The position numbers were made by a program, and so were the translations under genes. A stretch of 64,000 nt of DNA from Acidobacteriota bacterium (GTDB taxonomy: Bacteria > Acidobacteriota > UBA4820 > DSQY01). Below the pieces are notes generated by a model. It was not told the DNA's origin, made no database searches, and saw only the letters and a program-made list of their open reading frames with translations. Numbering within the stretch: the first letter of the stretch is position 1; each line of letters begins with the position of its first letter. The stretch covers positions 32,001-96,000 of the forward strand of contig JBMFSH010000003.1 in NCBI GenBank assembly GCA_049967655.1, given 5' to 3'. This document shows, piece after piece, positions 51,978 through 60,311 of the stretch.

Positions 51978-53174
51978 ATGGAGAGGAGCGCCCCCCCCTG
52001 CGAAGGTCGGCCACGCGTGCTGCGCGAGGTTTTTCGCCAGACTATCGCCACGTGGTTTCTCGTGGGGGCCTGCGTGGCCCCATGGTGCTGCGCTATGGGA
52101 GGCCAAGCGAGGAGCGGCCGGGCCGCGCGAGGCTCGCGCACGGCCTTCTACGACCACGCCGCCTATGCGCGGGGGCGGTCGCTCTGGGCCAAGGGCGATC
52201 TGGGCGGAGCGGCGCGGGCCTTTGCCGCCATGGTCCAGACCTCCGCGGGCGCGGAGACCTGGACGTGGAGCATCGCTCTCTTGTGCGAAACCCACAGCGT
52301 GGCGGGGATGAGGGACGCCGTGCGCGCTCCGTCGCCCATCTTCATCTCCTCAATGACCTTCCAAGGGCGGACTTGCTACCGGCTCTGCGCGGGACTGGCC
52401 CCGAGCCGTGCGGCCCTGCTCAGGCAGGGGAGGCCGAGGCCGAAAGATCCGGCCCTTCGCCCCTTCCCCGTCCGGCTCGCGGCCTTTGCCGCCGGGCCGC
52501 CGCCGGCGGCGGCCGGAGCGAGTTTGGATTCCTCCGGCGCTTCGCCGCCAACCTCATCTCCTGAAGAGGTGCCGCTTCAGAAACCCTCCCCGGTGGAACA
52601 GAGCCCCTCTAACGGTGTGAAAGCGGGCCAGGGCCTGGTGGCGGCTTCGGGCGAGGCGGCGGGCCGTTCAGCGAATGCCGGCGCCGAGGCCGCTCCACGG
52701 CGGGGCGCGGTCCATCAGCCCGAAGGGGAGGTCTGGTTCCAGAAGGGGCTCCAGGCCTATCAGAACGGGCGAAGGAGCGAGGCCGACGAGGACTTCGAGC
52801 GGGCCCTCGCGGCCGACCCCGAAAGACCGGAGGTCCTGAACAACCTGGGGATCCTCCGGCTGGAAGAGAAGCGCTACGCGGAGGCCGAGGCCCTCTTCCG
52901 CAAGGCCCTGGCCGTCGATCCCGAGTACGCTCGGGCCCACCTGAACCTGGCCGGCGCCCTGTGGGGGCAGAAAAAGCAGGCGGAGGCCGTGGCCGAGGCC
53001 CGGAAGGCCGCCGAGCTCGATCCATCGGACGTCCACGCGCACCTCAGCCTGGCCTCCTTCTACCTGGCCCTGGGGCAGCGCCCGGAGGCGGAGACGGAGG
53101 CGAAGCGGGTTTTGCTGCTGGATCCTGGCAACATGCAGGCGAAGGCCTTCCTGGCTGGGGTACCGAGCCCGTAG
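51978..53174 (+). CDS. Exported TPR protein with N-terminal SPOR-like Cys-containing domain (start uncertain)
   Basis: Four C-terminal TPRs (LNNLG, AHLNLA, AHLSLA); WSIALLCE...CYRLCAG domain; Pro/Ser linker. Confidence 0.75.
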   Translation: MERSAPPCEGRPRVLREVFRQTIATWFLVGACVAPWCCAMGGQARSGRAARGSRTAFYDHAAYARGRSLWAKGDLGGAARAFAAMVQTSAGAETWTWSIALLCETHSVAGMRDAVRAPSPIFISSMTFQGRTCYRLCAGLAPSRAALLRQGRPRPKDPALRPFPVRLAAFAAGPPPAAAGASLDSSGASPPTSSPEEVPLQKPSPVEQSPSNGVKAGQGLVAASGEAAGRSANAGAEAAPRRGAVHQPEGEVWFQKGLQAYQNGRRSEADEDFERALAADPERPEVLNNLGILRLEEKRYAEAEALFRKALAVDPEYARAHLNLAGALWGQKKQAEAVAEARKAAELDPSDVHAHLSLASFYLALGQRPEAETEAKRVLLLDPGNMQAKAFLAGVPSP

Positions 53175-53231
53175 GGAGCGAGACGGGAGACGCGAGGCGC
53201 GAGGTGATGACCGGGGCGTCTCCTCCCCGCC

Positions 53232-53265
53232 CCGTCATTCTGGCGAGCGGAGCGAGTCCAGAATC
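53232..53265 (+). repeat. REP-like palindrome
   Basis: Identical to 43243-43276; lies between convergent genes. Confidence 0.85.
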
Positions 53266-53302
53266 GGATCCCTTCAACCCGCGCCCTGAACGGCCCGCGC
53301 TC

Positions 53303-53836
53303 TCAGCTCCCGGGCTTGGGAGCCCGCACGAGGTGGACGTCGTCGATCCAGACGGTGCCCTGGCCGTTGGCCACGAGGTTGAGCTTCACCACGTCGGGTT
53401 TCTGGCCGGCCTGAATGACCGTGGAGGTCTCCATGTCCACCCACCCGGTGGTGCCCCCGATGGCCTTCTGGTAGTCCATGGTGCTGAGCGAGCCGCCGTT
53501 GGCGAAGTGGACCACCATCTGCAGGTAGGCGTCACCGCCGAAATCCTTGGTCTTGACCTTGGCCTTGTAGATCAGCGACGAGCCCTCCGCGCCCGGGAAG
53601 GGGACGTCGAAGAGGGCGACGGTGGTGGGCTGATCGGCGGTGATCTTGAGGGAGCCCTTGCCGTCCGCCGAGACGGAGGGATCAAAGGTCACCAGGCCCG
53701 GCGTCTGAACGCCGTCCATGTTGTCGCAGGGGAAATACTGGATGTCCTTGGGAGGCTGCGGTCCCTTCGAACAGGCCAAGACCGCCACCATGAGCGCGGC
53801 CAGCCCCACCAGGGCGATAGTGCGAACGTCTTTCAT
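53303..53836 (-). CDS. Lipoprotein, beta-sandwich (CBM-like)
   Basis: GAGGAGG SD; lipobox VLA/C; GKGSLKI...GTVWIDDV. Confidence 0.75.
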   Translation of the reverse strand: MKDVRTIALVGLAALMVAVLACSKGPQPPKDIQYFPCDNMDGVQTPGLVTFDPSVSADGKGSLKITADQPTTVALFDVPFPGAEGSSLIYKAKVKTKDFGGDAYLQMVVHFANGGSLSTMDYQKAIGGTTGWVDMETSTVIQAGQKPDVVKLNLVANGQGTVWIDDVHLVRAPKPGS

Positions 53837-53881
53837 CGGTTCCTCCTCGGTACCTCCCATCGGAGGGATGGGCGGATCCCC

Positions 53882-54184
53882 TCAATCCAGGTCGATGTCC
53901 CGCTTGAAGGGCCCTTGCGGCCCCTCCTTGGCTTTTTCGAACAGCTCCTTGAACTTCTTTTCCAGAATGTCCTTCTTGCCCTTTTCCGACCGGATGCTCT
54001 CCTTGAACTTCTCCTCGGCCGCTCGCTTCTCCTCGTCCAGCGTCTTGAGCCTGGCCTCGAAGGAGGTCTTCTCGTGCTGGTCGGGTGGAGGCTGGTGATC
54101 GCAGACCACCCGAGATTCGCCGTCGATGGTCAGGAGCGCTCCGCAGCAGGGGCAGGTCACCGTGAAGCTGTCGCCGTCGCTCAC
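53882..54184 (-). CDS. Small conserved protein (CPCC knuckle + coiled coil)
   Basis: GTG after GGAGG; VTCPCCGALLTID, charged helix, RDIDLD C-terminus. Confidence 0.7.
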   Translation of the reverse strand: MSDGDSFTVTCPCCGALLTIDGESRVVCDHQPPPDQHEKTSFEARLKTLDEEKRAAEEKFKESIRSEKGKKDILEKKFKELFEKAKEGPQGPFKRDIDLD

Positions 54185-54270
54185 CGCAAGGTCCTCCCAT
54201 CCAGAGCATAGCAAGATGGAGGGGCCACCGCCAGGGGGGAAGCGCCGATCCCGATACCCGCCTCGCCATC

Positions 54271-54410
54271 TCGCTCCATCGCTTAATTGCTCCATCGCTC
54301 AATTGCTCAATCGCTCAATCGCCCAATTGCTCAATCGCCCAATTGCTCAATCGCCCAATCGCCCAATCGCTCAATCGCTTCATCACCTCATCCCCTCATC
54401 ACCTCATCCC
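54271..54410 (-). repeat. Octamer tandem array (TYGCYCAA grading into TCMCCTCA), about 17 units
   Basis: tcgcttaa ttgctcca tcgctcaa ttgctcaa tcgctcaa tcgcccaa...; reverse complement of the 30522 family. Confidence 0.85.
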
Positions 54411-54443
54411 GTCCCACCCCCCGCCCGTGCTATCCTCCCCGCC

Positions 54444-56006
54444 ATGGGACTGGGGGAGCGCGGCATCCTCAGGCACACCGCGAACGTGGCGGCGCTCACG
54501 CTGGTGAGCCGGATCCTGGGCTACGTGCGGGACCGGCTGCTGGCCTCGCTCCTGGGCACCTCCACCTGGGCGGACGCCTTCTACATCGCTTTCCGGATTC
54601 CCAACACCTTCCGCCGCTTCGTGGCCGAGGGGGCCATGACGGCGGCTCTCGTGCCGGTGATAACGCGCTCCATGAGGGAGGACCCCCCGGAGTCGGCCTG
54701 GCTCTTCGCCCGCCGGTTCCTGTACGGCTTCGCCCTCCTCCTGCTCCTCCTGACGGCGGCGGGAACCCTGGCGGCGCCGGTCATCGCGCGGCTCATGGCC
54801 TGGCGGTACGCCCAGGAGGCGCCCGCCGTCTTCGCCCTGACCGAGCGGTTGACGGCCCACCTCTTCCCGTACCTGCTCTTCGTCTCGCTGGCGGCCGTGG
54901 CCATGGGCATACTGAACGCGCGGGAGATCTTCGCCCCGTCGGCCCTGGCGCCGGCTCTCCTGAACGTGGCCATCATCACGGCCGCCCTGCTCTGGGGCCA
55001 CCGGAGCGGCAACCCGACGGGCATGCTGGCGTGGGCCGTCCTCGCGGGAGGGGCGCTCCAGTTCCTGATTCAGGTGCCCTTCCTGCTGAGGGAGGGGATG
55101 TCCTTCGCTCCGGCCTTCTCGCTCACGGACCCCCGCGTCCGCCGGGTCTTCCAGCTCATGGTGCCCGCGGCCATGGGAGCTGGGGTCGGGCAGATCACGC
55201 TGCTCGTGGGGACGGCGCTGGCCGGCCTGGCGGGCGAGGGGGCCGTGGCCGCCCTCTACTACGCCAACCGCGTGACCGAGCTGGCCTTCGGGATTCTGGC
55301 GGCCTCCCTGGCCACGGTGATTTTTCCCCGCCTCTCCAGCCTCGTGGCCATGGGAGACCGGAAGGAGCTGGAGGGGACCCTCTCCCGGGCGCTGGAGGCG
55401 GTCCTCTACTTCCTCCTGCCCGCCACCGCCGGCATCCTGGCCCTCTCCTCGCCCATCGTCCGCGTGCTGTTCGAGACGGGCCGCTTCTCGGCGCACTCGG
55501 TCTCCCTGACCTCGGGACCGCTCACGGCCTATGCCGCGGGCCTGGTGCTCTGGGGAGCGGCCGCGGTGCTGGTGCGGGCCTGCCACGCCCACCAGGACAT
55601 GCTCTCGCCCTTCCGGGCGGGGCTCCTCAGCCTGGCCGTCTTCGTGGCGGCGGCCCTCGGCCTGTTGAGGCACTTCGGGGCCGCGGGCATCGCGGCGGCC
55701 TCCTCCACCGCGGCGCTGGCCAACCTCCTCGCGCTCGCCCTGGCGGTCGCGCGCAGGCACCGGGTCCGCCTGCCGTGGAAGGCGCTCGCCCTGGCCCTGG
55801 CGAGGGACGGGGGTCTGGCGGCCGTCATGGGGCTGCTCTCCTTCGAAATCTGGCGCGCGCTGCCCCACGCAGGAAGGCTCGCCGCGGCGGGAGCCCTCGG
55901 CGCCGCCGTGGCCGGCGGGGCGGCGCTCTACCTCGGAGGCTCATGGCTCCTCGGCTTCCCCGAGGCCAGGCGTGTGCGGGAGATCTTTGGTAGGATGAGG
56001 CCATGA
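54444..56006 (+). CDS. murJ: Lipid II flippase
   Basis: SRILGYVRD, DAFYIAFRIPN.FRR..AEGA, LYYANR. Confidence 0.95.
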   Translation: MGLGERGILRHTANVAALTLVSRILGYVRDRLLASLLGTSTWADAFYIAFRIPNTFRRFVAEGAMTAALVPVITRSMREDPPESAWLFARRFLYGFALLLLLLTAAGTLAAPVIARLMAWRYAQEAPAVFALTERLTAHLFPYLLFVSLAAVAMGILNAREIFAPSALAPALLNVAIITAALLWGHRSGNPTGMLAWAVLAGGALQFLIQVPFLLREGMSFAPAFSLTDPRVRRVFQLMVPAAMGAGVGQITLLVGTALAGLAGEGAVAALYYANRVTELAFGILAASLATVIFPRLSSLVAMGDRKELEGTLSRALEAVLYFLLPATAGILALSSPIVRVLFETGRFSAHSVSLTSGPLTAYAAGLVLWGAAAVLVRACHAHQDMLSPFRAGLLSLAVFVAAALGLLRHFGAAGIAAASSTAALANLLALALAVARRHRVRLPWKALALALARDGGLAAVMGLLSFEIWRALPHAGRLAAAGALGAAVAGGAALYLGGSWLLGFPEARRVREIFGRMRP

Positions 56007-56524
56007 TCGTGGTGCTGCAGCGGGTGAGCCGGGCTTCGGTGAGCGTTGACGGCGAGAGGGTCGGCGCCGTGGGCCCGGGTCTCCTTTCCCTGGTGGCGGT
56101 GGAGGCGGGGGACACGGAGGCCGAGGTGGACTGGTGCGGGCGGAAGACCGCCGAGGTCCGCATCTTCTCGGACCCGGAGGGGAAGATGAACCTGGACGTC
56201 CGTCAGGCGGGCGGGTCGGTGCTGGCGGTCAGCCAGTTCACGCTCGTGGGCGATCTGAAGAAGGGGACGCGTCCCTCCTTTTCTCACGCGGCGCCGCCCC
56301 GGGAAGCCATCGTGCTTTTCGAGCGTTACGTCGAAGGCGTGCGGTCCATGGGCCTCAAGGTGGCCACCGGGGTCTTCGGGGCGATGATGGCGGTGGAGCT
56401 CGTGAACGACGGCCCCGTGACGATCATCCTCCAGCGCCGGCCCCGGGCGCTGGAACTGGAGAAAGAAAAGAGCACCACGGAGGCACAGAGGTACAGAGAA
56501 ATTGCGGATGAAGGGACACGTTAA
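56003..56524 (+). CDS. dtd: D-aminoacyl-tRNA deacylase
   Basis: QRVSRASV, VSQFTL, RPSF, GVFGAMM, NDGPVT. Confidence 0.95.
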   Translation: MIVVLQRVSRASVSVDGERVGAVGPGLLSLVAVEAGDTEAEVDWCGRKTAEVRIFSDPEGKMNLDVRQAGGSVLAVSQFTLVGDLKKGTRPSFSHAAPPREAIVLFERYVEGVRSMGLKVATGVFGAMMAVELVNDGPVTIILQRRPRALELEKEKSTTEAQRYREIADEGTR

Positions 56525-56656
56525 GGGGCAGAGGACCAGAGGTGGGGCCGCGGAAATGGGGCGCCATGAGGGTTCTGGCTAATGCGTGGCGCTCCTGCCC
56601 TCCCTTCCTTCTTGCCCCTTCCTCCTGGTCGCCGCTTCTTTTAGAGGAGTCTCACC

Positions 56657-57472
56657 TTGCCAGCACCCGAGTTGAATGCGCGCGTGGCCCAGCGCAGCGA
56701 GGTGGCCCCGGGGCTCTGCATCCTGAGGGTGGTTCCCGAGGGGTGGGAGCTGTCGGATTTCCTGCCGGGCCAGTTCGCGGTGCTGGGGCTTCCCGCCTCG
56801 GCGCCCAGGGATCCCTTCGCCGACATCGAGGAGCCGCCCAAGGAGCCGGACAAGCTCATCCGGCGCTCCTACTCCATCGCCTCCTCATCGAAGGCTAGGG
56901 AGTACCTGGAGTTCTACGTGGCCCTGGTTCATTCGGGCTCCCTGAGCCCCCGCCTCTTCATGTTGAGGCCCGGCGACCCCCTGTGGCTCGGGAAGAAGTT
57001 CACGGGCCTATTCACCCTGGCGGAGGTCCCGCCGGAGCGGAACGTGCTCCTCATCGCCACGGGCACGGGGATCGCGCCCTACATGAGCATGCTGCGCACG
57101 CACGCGCCGGGCGGAGGGGCGCGCCGCTCCGCCGTCCTGCACGGCGCCCGACACTCGTGGGATCTGGGCTACCGCTCCGAACTGCTGGCGCTCCAGAAGA
57201 GCACCGATCGCTTCACCTACCTGCCCGTGATCAGCAAGCCCGAGGAGGAGTTCGACCCCTGGCGGCAGCACACGGGCTACGTGCAGGATCTGTGGCGGTC
57301 GGGAGCCCTGGACGCGGCGTGGGGCTTCCATCCCGGGCCGGAGGACACGCACGTCTTCCTCTGCGGAAACCCCGCCATGGTGGACCAGATGTCGGCGCTC
57401 CTGCAGGCCGAGGGCTTCAGCGAGCACAGCCGGAAGGCGCCGGGCCAGATCCACGTGGAGCGGTATTGGTGA
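56657..57472 (+). CDS. fpr: Ferredoxin--NADP+ reductase
   Basis: PGQF, RRSYSIAS, ATGTGIAPY, LCGNP.M, ERYW C-terminus. Confidence 0.9.
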   Translation: MPAPELNARVAQRSEVAPGLCILRVVPEGWELSDFLPGQFAVLGLPASAPRDPFADIEEPPKEPDKLIRRSYSIASSSKAREYLEFYVALVHSGSLSPRLFMLRPGDPLWLGKKFTGLFTLAEVPPERNVLLIATGTGIAPYMSMLRTHAPGGGARRSAVLHGARHSWDLGYRSELLALQKSTDRFTYLPVISKPEEEFDPWRQHTGYVQDLWRSGALDAAWGFHPGPEDTHVFLCGNPAMVDQMSALLQAEGFSEHSRKAPGQIHVERYW

Positions 57473-57487
57473 AGTGAGGAGTGAGGA

Positions 57488-58393
57488 GTGAGGAGTGAGG
57501 AGGAGAAAAGGGGGAAGTTCCCGGAGGAGTTGGCGCTCTTCTTCGACCACCTGACCGTGGAGCGGGGGCTCTCACCCAAGACGGTGGAGGCCTACCGCAG
57601 CGACCTGCTCCGCTTCTTCGATGCGTGCCGGAAGGCCCCGGAAAAGGTGGGCCGGGAGGACGTCAGGGCCTTCCTGGGGCGGGAGCGCACCGAGGGGCAC
57701 TCGGCCAGCACGGCGGCCCGGCGCCTCGTGGCCCTGCGGACCTTCTACCGCTTCCTGATCCTGGAGCGGAAGGTGGGGGGCGATCCCACCGAGAACGTGG
57801 ACGCGCCGCGCACCCTCAAGCGGCTTCCCGAGTACCTCACCCCTGAGGAGGTGGAGCGGCTGCTGGAGGCGCCCGACGCGGGGAGCGCTACGGGGCTCCG
57901 GAACCGGGCCATGCTGGAGGTGCTCTACGCCACCGGCATCCGGGTCTCCGAGCTGACGGGACTCACGCAGGAGCGGTACAACCCCCAGGCGGGCTTCGTC
58001 CTGGTCATGGGGAAGGGGAGCAAGGAGCGCGTGGTGCCCCTCGGCGAGGTGGCGCAGGACTGGGTGGAGCGATACCGCTCCGAGTCTCGGCCCAGCCTCC
58101 TGAAGAACCGCGTCTCGTCCGCCCTCTTCGTGACGGCCAGGGGCGGGCCGCTCAGCCGGCAGATGGTCTGGATCTTGATCACCGGTTACGCCCGCCAGGC
58201 GGGCATCACCAAGCACATGAGCCCGCACACGCTCAGGCACTCCTTCGCCACGCACCTCCTGGAGCACGGCGCCGACCTCCGGGCCGTCCAGCTCCTCCTG
58301 GGCCACGCCGACATCTCGACCACTCAGATCTACACCCACGTGGAGCAGGAGAGGCTGAAGCGCATCTACCGCCAGTTCCACCCTAGGGCGTAG
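57488..58393 (+). CDS. xerD: Site-specific tyrosine recombinase XerD
   Basis: [64 protein letters not shown]. Confidence 0.93.
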   Translation: MRSEEEKRGKFPEELALFFDHLTVERGLSPKTVEAYRSDLLRFFDACRKAPEKVGREDVRAFLGRERTEGHSASTAARRLVALRTFYRFLILERKVGGDPTENVDAPRTLKRLPEYLTPEEVERLLEAPDAGSATGLRNRAMLEVLYATGIRVSELTGLTQERYNPQAGFVLVMGKGSKERVVPLGEVAQDWVERYRSESRPSLLKNRVSSALFVTARGGPLSRQMVWILITGYARQAGITKHMSPHTLRHSFATHLLEHGADLRAVQLLLGHADISTTQIYTHVEQERLKRIYRQFHPRA

Positions 58394-58549
58394 GGCCGCT
58401 CGCCGGATGGTCCGTCCCTCTCGATGGGTGCGCCGAGGGCGGCTGGGGGTGGCAGGCAGGTTGGGGGAGCGATCGCCAGATCGAGAGACCCGGGCGGGGC
58501 CGTAGGAGGCCTCTCCAGAGGCCGATGCGCCGTGCCGCCTTCCCTACCC

Positions 58550-59002
58550 TCAAGCCCCCGGACGCAACTTGGAGAAAATAGGCGCTAGAAAGGTTGCCCC
58601 CGTAAGGCCCGCAATCAATCCAACCAGGATTAGAAGGATGATGATAAGCAAGTAGAGGCCTCCCCCGATGATGCCTGTCCAGGCGTATCCCTTTCCGCCG
58701 AGCATTCCATCGGAATGGCCGATGCGGGAGAGGGAGACTACGCCCAAAATGACGGCAAGCAGGGCCATCAGCATAAAGCAGCACGAAAGAACCGCGCTGA
58801 TGGCTTGATAGCCCGCCATCTTTGCCATAGTCCCTTGGAAGGAGCCGCCGGCACCGGTTGCAAGGGTGAGGATCATCAAAGCGGCACTCGTTCCGCAGCA
58901 GCAAAACCAGGGGGCTATGCCAAAAGCCATGGAAGCCTTCGCCATGCCACTGACTTGTGGAGGCGAAGCGGGAACCGGTTGAGCCTGATAGACGTCACTC
59001 AT
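58550..59002 (-). CDS. DUF4190-like membrane protein
   Basis: SGMAKASMAFGI ... AVILGVVSLSRI..G.LGGKGYAWTGII.G. Confidence 0.75.
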   Translation of the reverse strand: MSDVYQAQPVPASPPQVSGMAKASMAFGIAPWFCCCGTSAALMILTLATGAGGSFQGTMAKMAGYQAISAVLSCCFMLMALLAVILGVVSLSRIGHSDGMLGGKGYAWTGIIGGGLYLLIIILLILVGLIAGLTGATFLAPIFSKLRPGA

Positions 59003-59187
59003 GGCAATCCTCCCTTCCCACCTTCAGTCGGTCCGTGAGCCCGTGGAATGAGAAGAGCCTACACCCGATCGGCCAGCGGGGCAACGGGTTGGGAGCCTGC
59101 ATGGCAACGCTAGGGAGTGAAGGAAGGTGAGCTCCCCCTCCCGCCCCGCTTTTCCCTCCACCCTCCACTCTCTACCCTCCACCGCCC

Positions 59188-59700
59188 CTAAGCCAGCAGC
59201 CGCCAGACCCAGACCACGAGGATGAGCACGATGAGGGCGACGACCGTGGGCAGGAAGACGGGCAGGTCGAAGAGGTGCTCGAAGGGGCGCCTCTTCTTCC
59301 AGGCCACCGGGAGGTAGATCCAGGCGCAGAGGGCGGCGAGGAAGACGCCGACCCCGGCCGGCTGCGTCTCGATGGCCGTGATGGCGTGTCCGTGAAGCAT
59401 CCACGCGAAGGAGGTGGTCATGCCGCAGGAGGGGCAGGGCTTGTGAAAGGCCTCGTAGAAGCCGCAGGGGGGAAGGTCCAGCTCCGTGTGGGTGCCCAGC
59501 CCGGCGGGGTCCGGGCGGAGCCAGCGGGCGATCCCCAGGACGGCCAGGAAGGAGAACCAGCAGAAGCCGTACAGGAGGTGGTCCAGGAAGGCGAAGGGCC
59601 TGGGTTTCGGCGCGCCGCGGTCGGCCGCGCGGGTCGGGCCGGCGCCGGCCGGCGCTCCGGGTGGGGCTCCGGGCCCGCTGGCGGGGGGGCTCCTCTTCAC
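59188..59700 (-). CDS. DUF2752-family membrane protein
   Basis: GTHTELDLPPCGF....KPCPSCGMTTSF. Confidence 0.85.
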   Translation of the reverse strand: MKRSPPASGPGAPPGAPAGAGPTRAADRGAPKPRPFAFLDHLLYGFCWFSFLAVLGIARWLRPDPAGLGTHTELDLPPCGFYEAFHKPCPSCGMTTSFAWMLHGHAITAIETQPAGVGVFLAALCAWIYLPVAWKKRRPFEHLFDLPVFLPTVVALIVLILVVWVWRLLA

Positions 59701-60311
59701 CGGTGTCGCAGCTTCTCGATGGCGGCCAGCAGCGTCTCGATGGAGCGCGGATCGGGCAGGAAGAAGAAGTGGCCGGAGAAGGAGTGGTCGCGGGAGGCGA
59801 AATCGGTCTGGATCACGAGCGCCTGGTCGGTGACCTCGGCCAGTTCGATCAGGAGGAGGTCCACCACGGCCTGCGCCATGTCCATGGCGAAGGCCGGGAT
59901 GGAGGGGATGAGCGCGATGTTCAGCAGGGCGCTGACGGCGGTCAGGTAGGAGGAAGTGAGGATGTTCCCTACCTCCTTGAGCGCCGAGATCTCCATTTCG
60001 CCGAGGGCGCGGCGCGGCGTGGAGCCGTTGAAGAGCAGGGCCAGGAGCCCCTCCGCGGAGGACCGGGGCAGGACGAGGAGCATGTTGCCCCGGGAACCCC
60101 CGTAGATGCGGAAGAAGAGGCCGAGGACCTCTTCCTCCGGGCCGCCCAGGGCCTCCACGACGCTAGAGAAGGGCAGCACGTCGACGGCGGGCACCTCCAG
60201 GGTGACCACGCGGTGGGTCATCTGGTGGAGGGCCGTGACGGCGTTCCCTGCCCCTATGTTGCTGATCTCCTTGAGCGCGTCCAGGTCCTCATCCGTCATC
60301 TGCTTGAACAT
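59697..60311 (-). CDS. cheC: CheC phosphatase (DifG-like)
   Basis: DALKEISNIGAGNA; SALKEVGNIL; FFLPD. Confidence 0.92.
   Translation of the reverse strand: MFKQMTDEDLDALKEISNIGAGNAVTALHQMTHRVVTLEVPAVDVLPFSSVVEALGGPEEEVLGLFFRIYGGSRGNMLLVLPRSSAEGLLALLFNGSTPRRALGEMEISALKEVGNILTSSYLTAVSALLNIALIPSIPAFAMDMAQAVVDLLLIELAEVTDQALVIQTDFASRDHSFSGHFFFLPDPRSIETLLAAIEKLRHR

Noticed and set aside
54271..54410. Repeat arrays as possible CRISPR (also 30522, 37180)
   Set aside because: Contiguous 8-nt units with no spacers and no cas genes
57488..58393. Tyrosine recombinase as prophage or island integrase
   Set aside because: Canonical XerD motifs in housekeeping context; no att sites or phage genes seen
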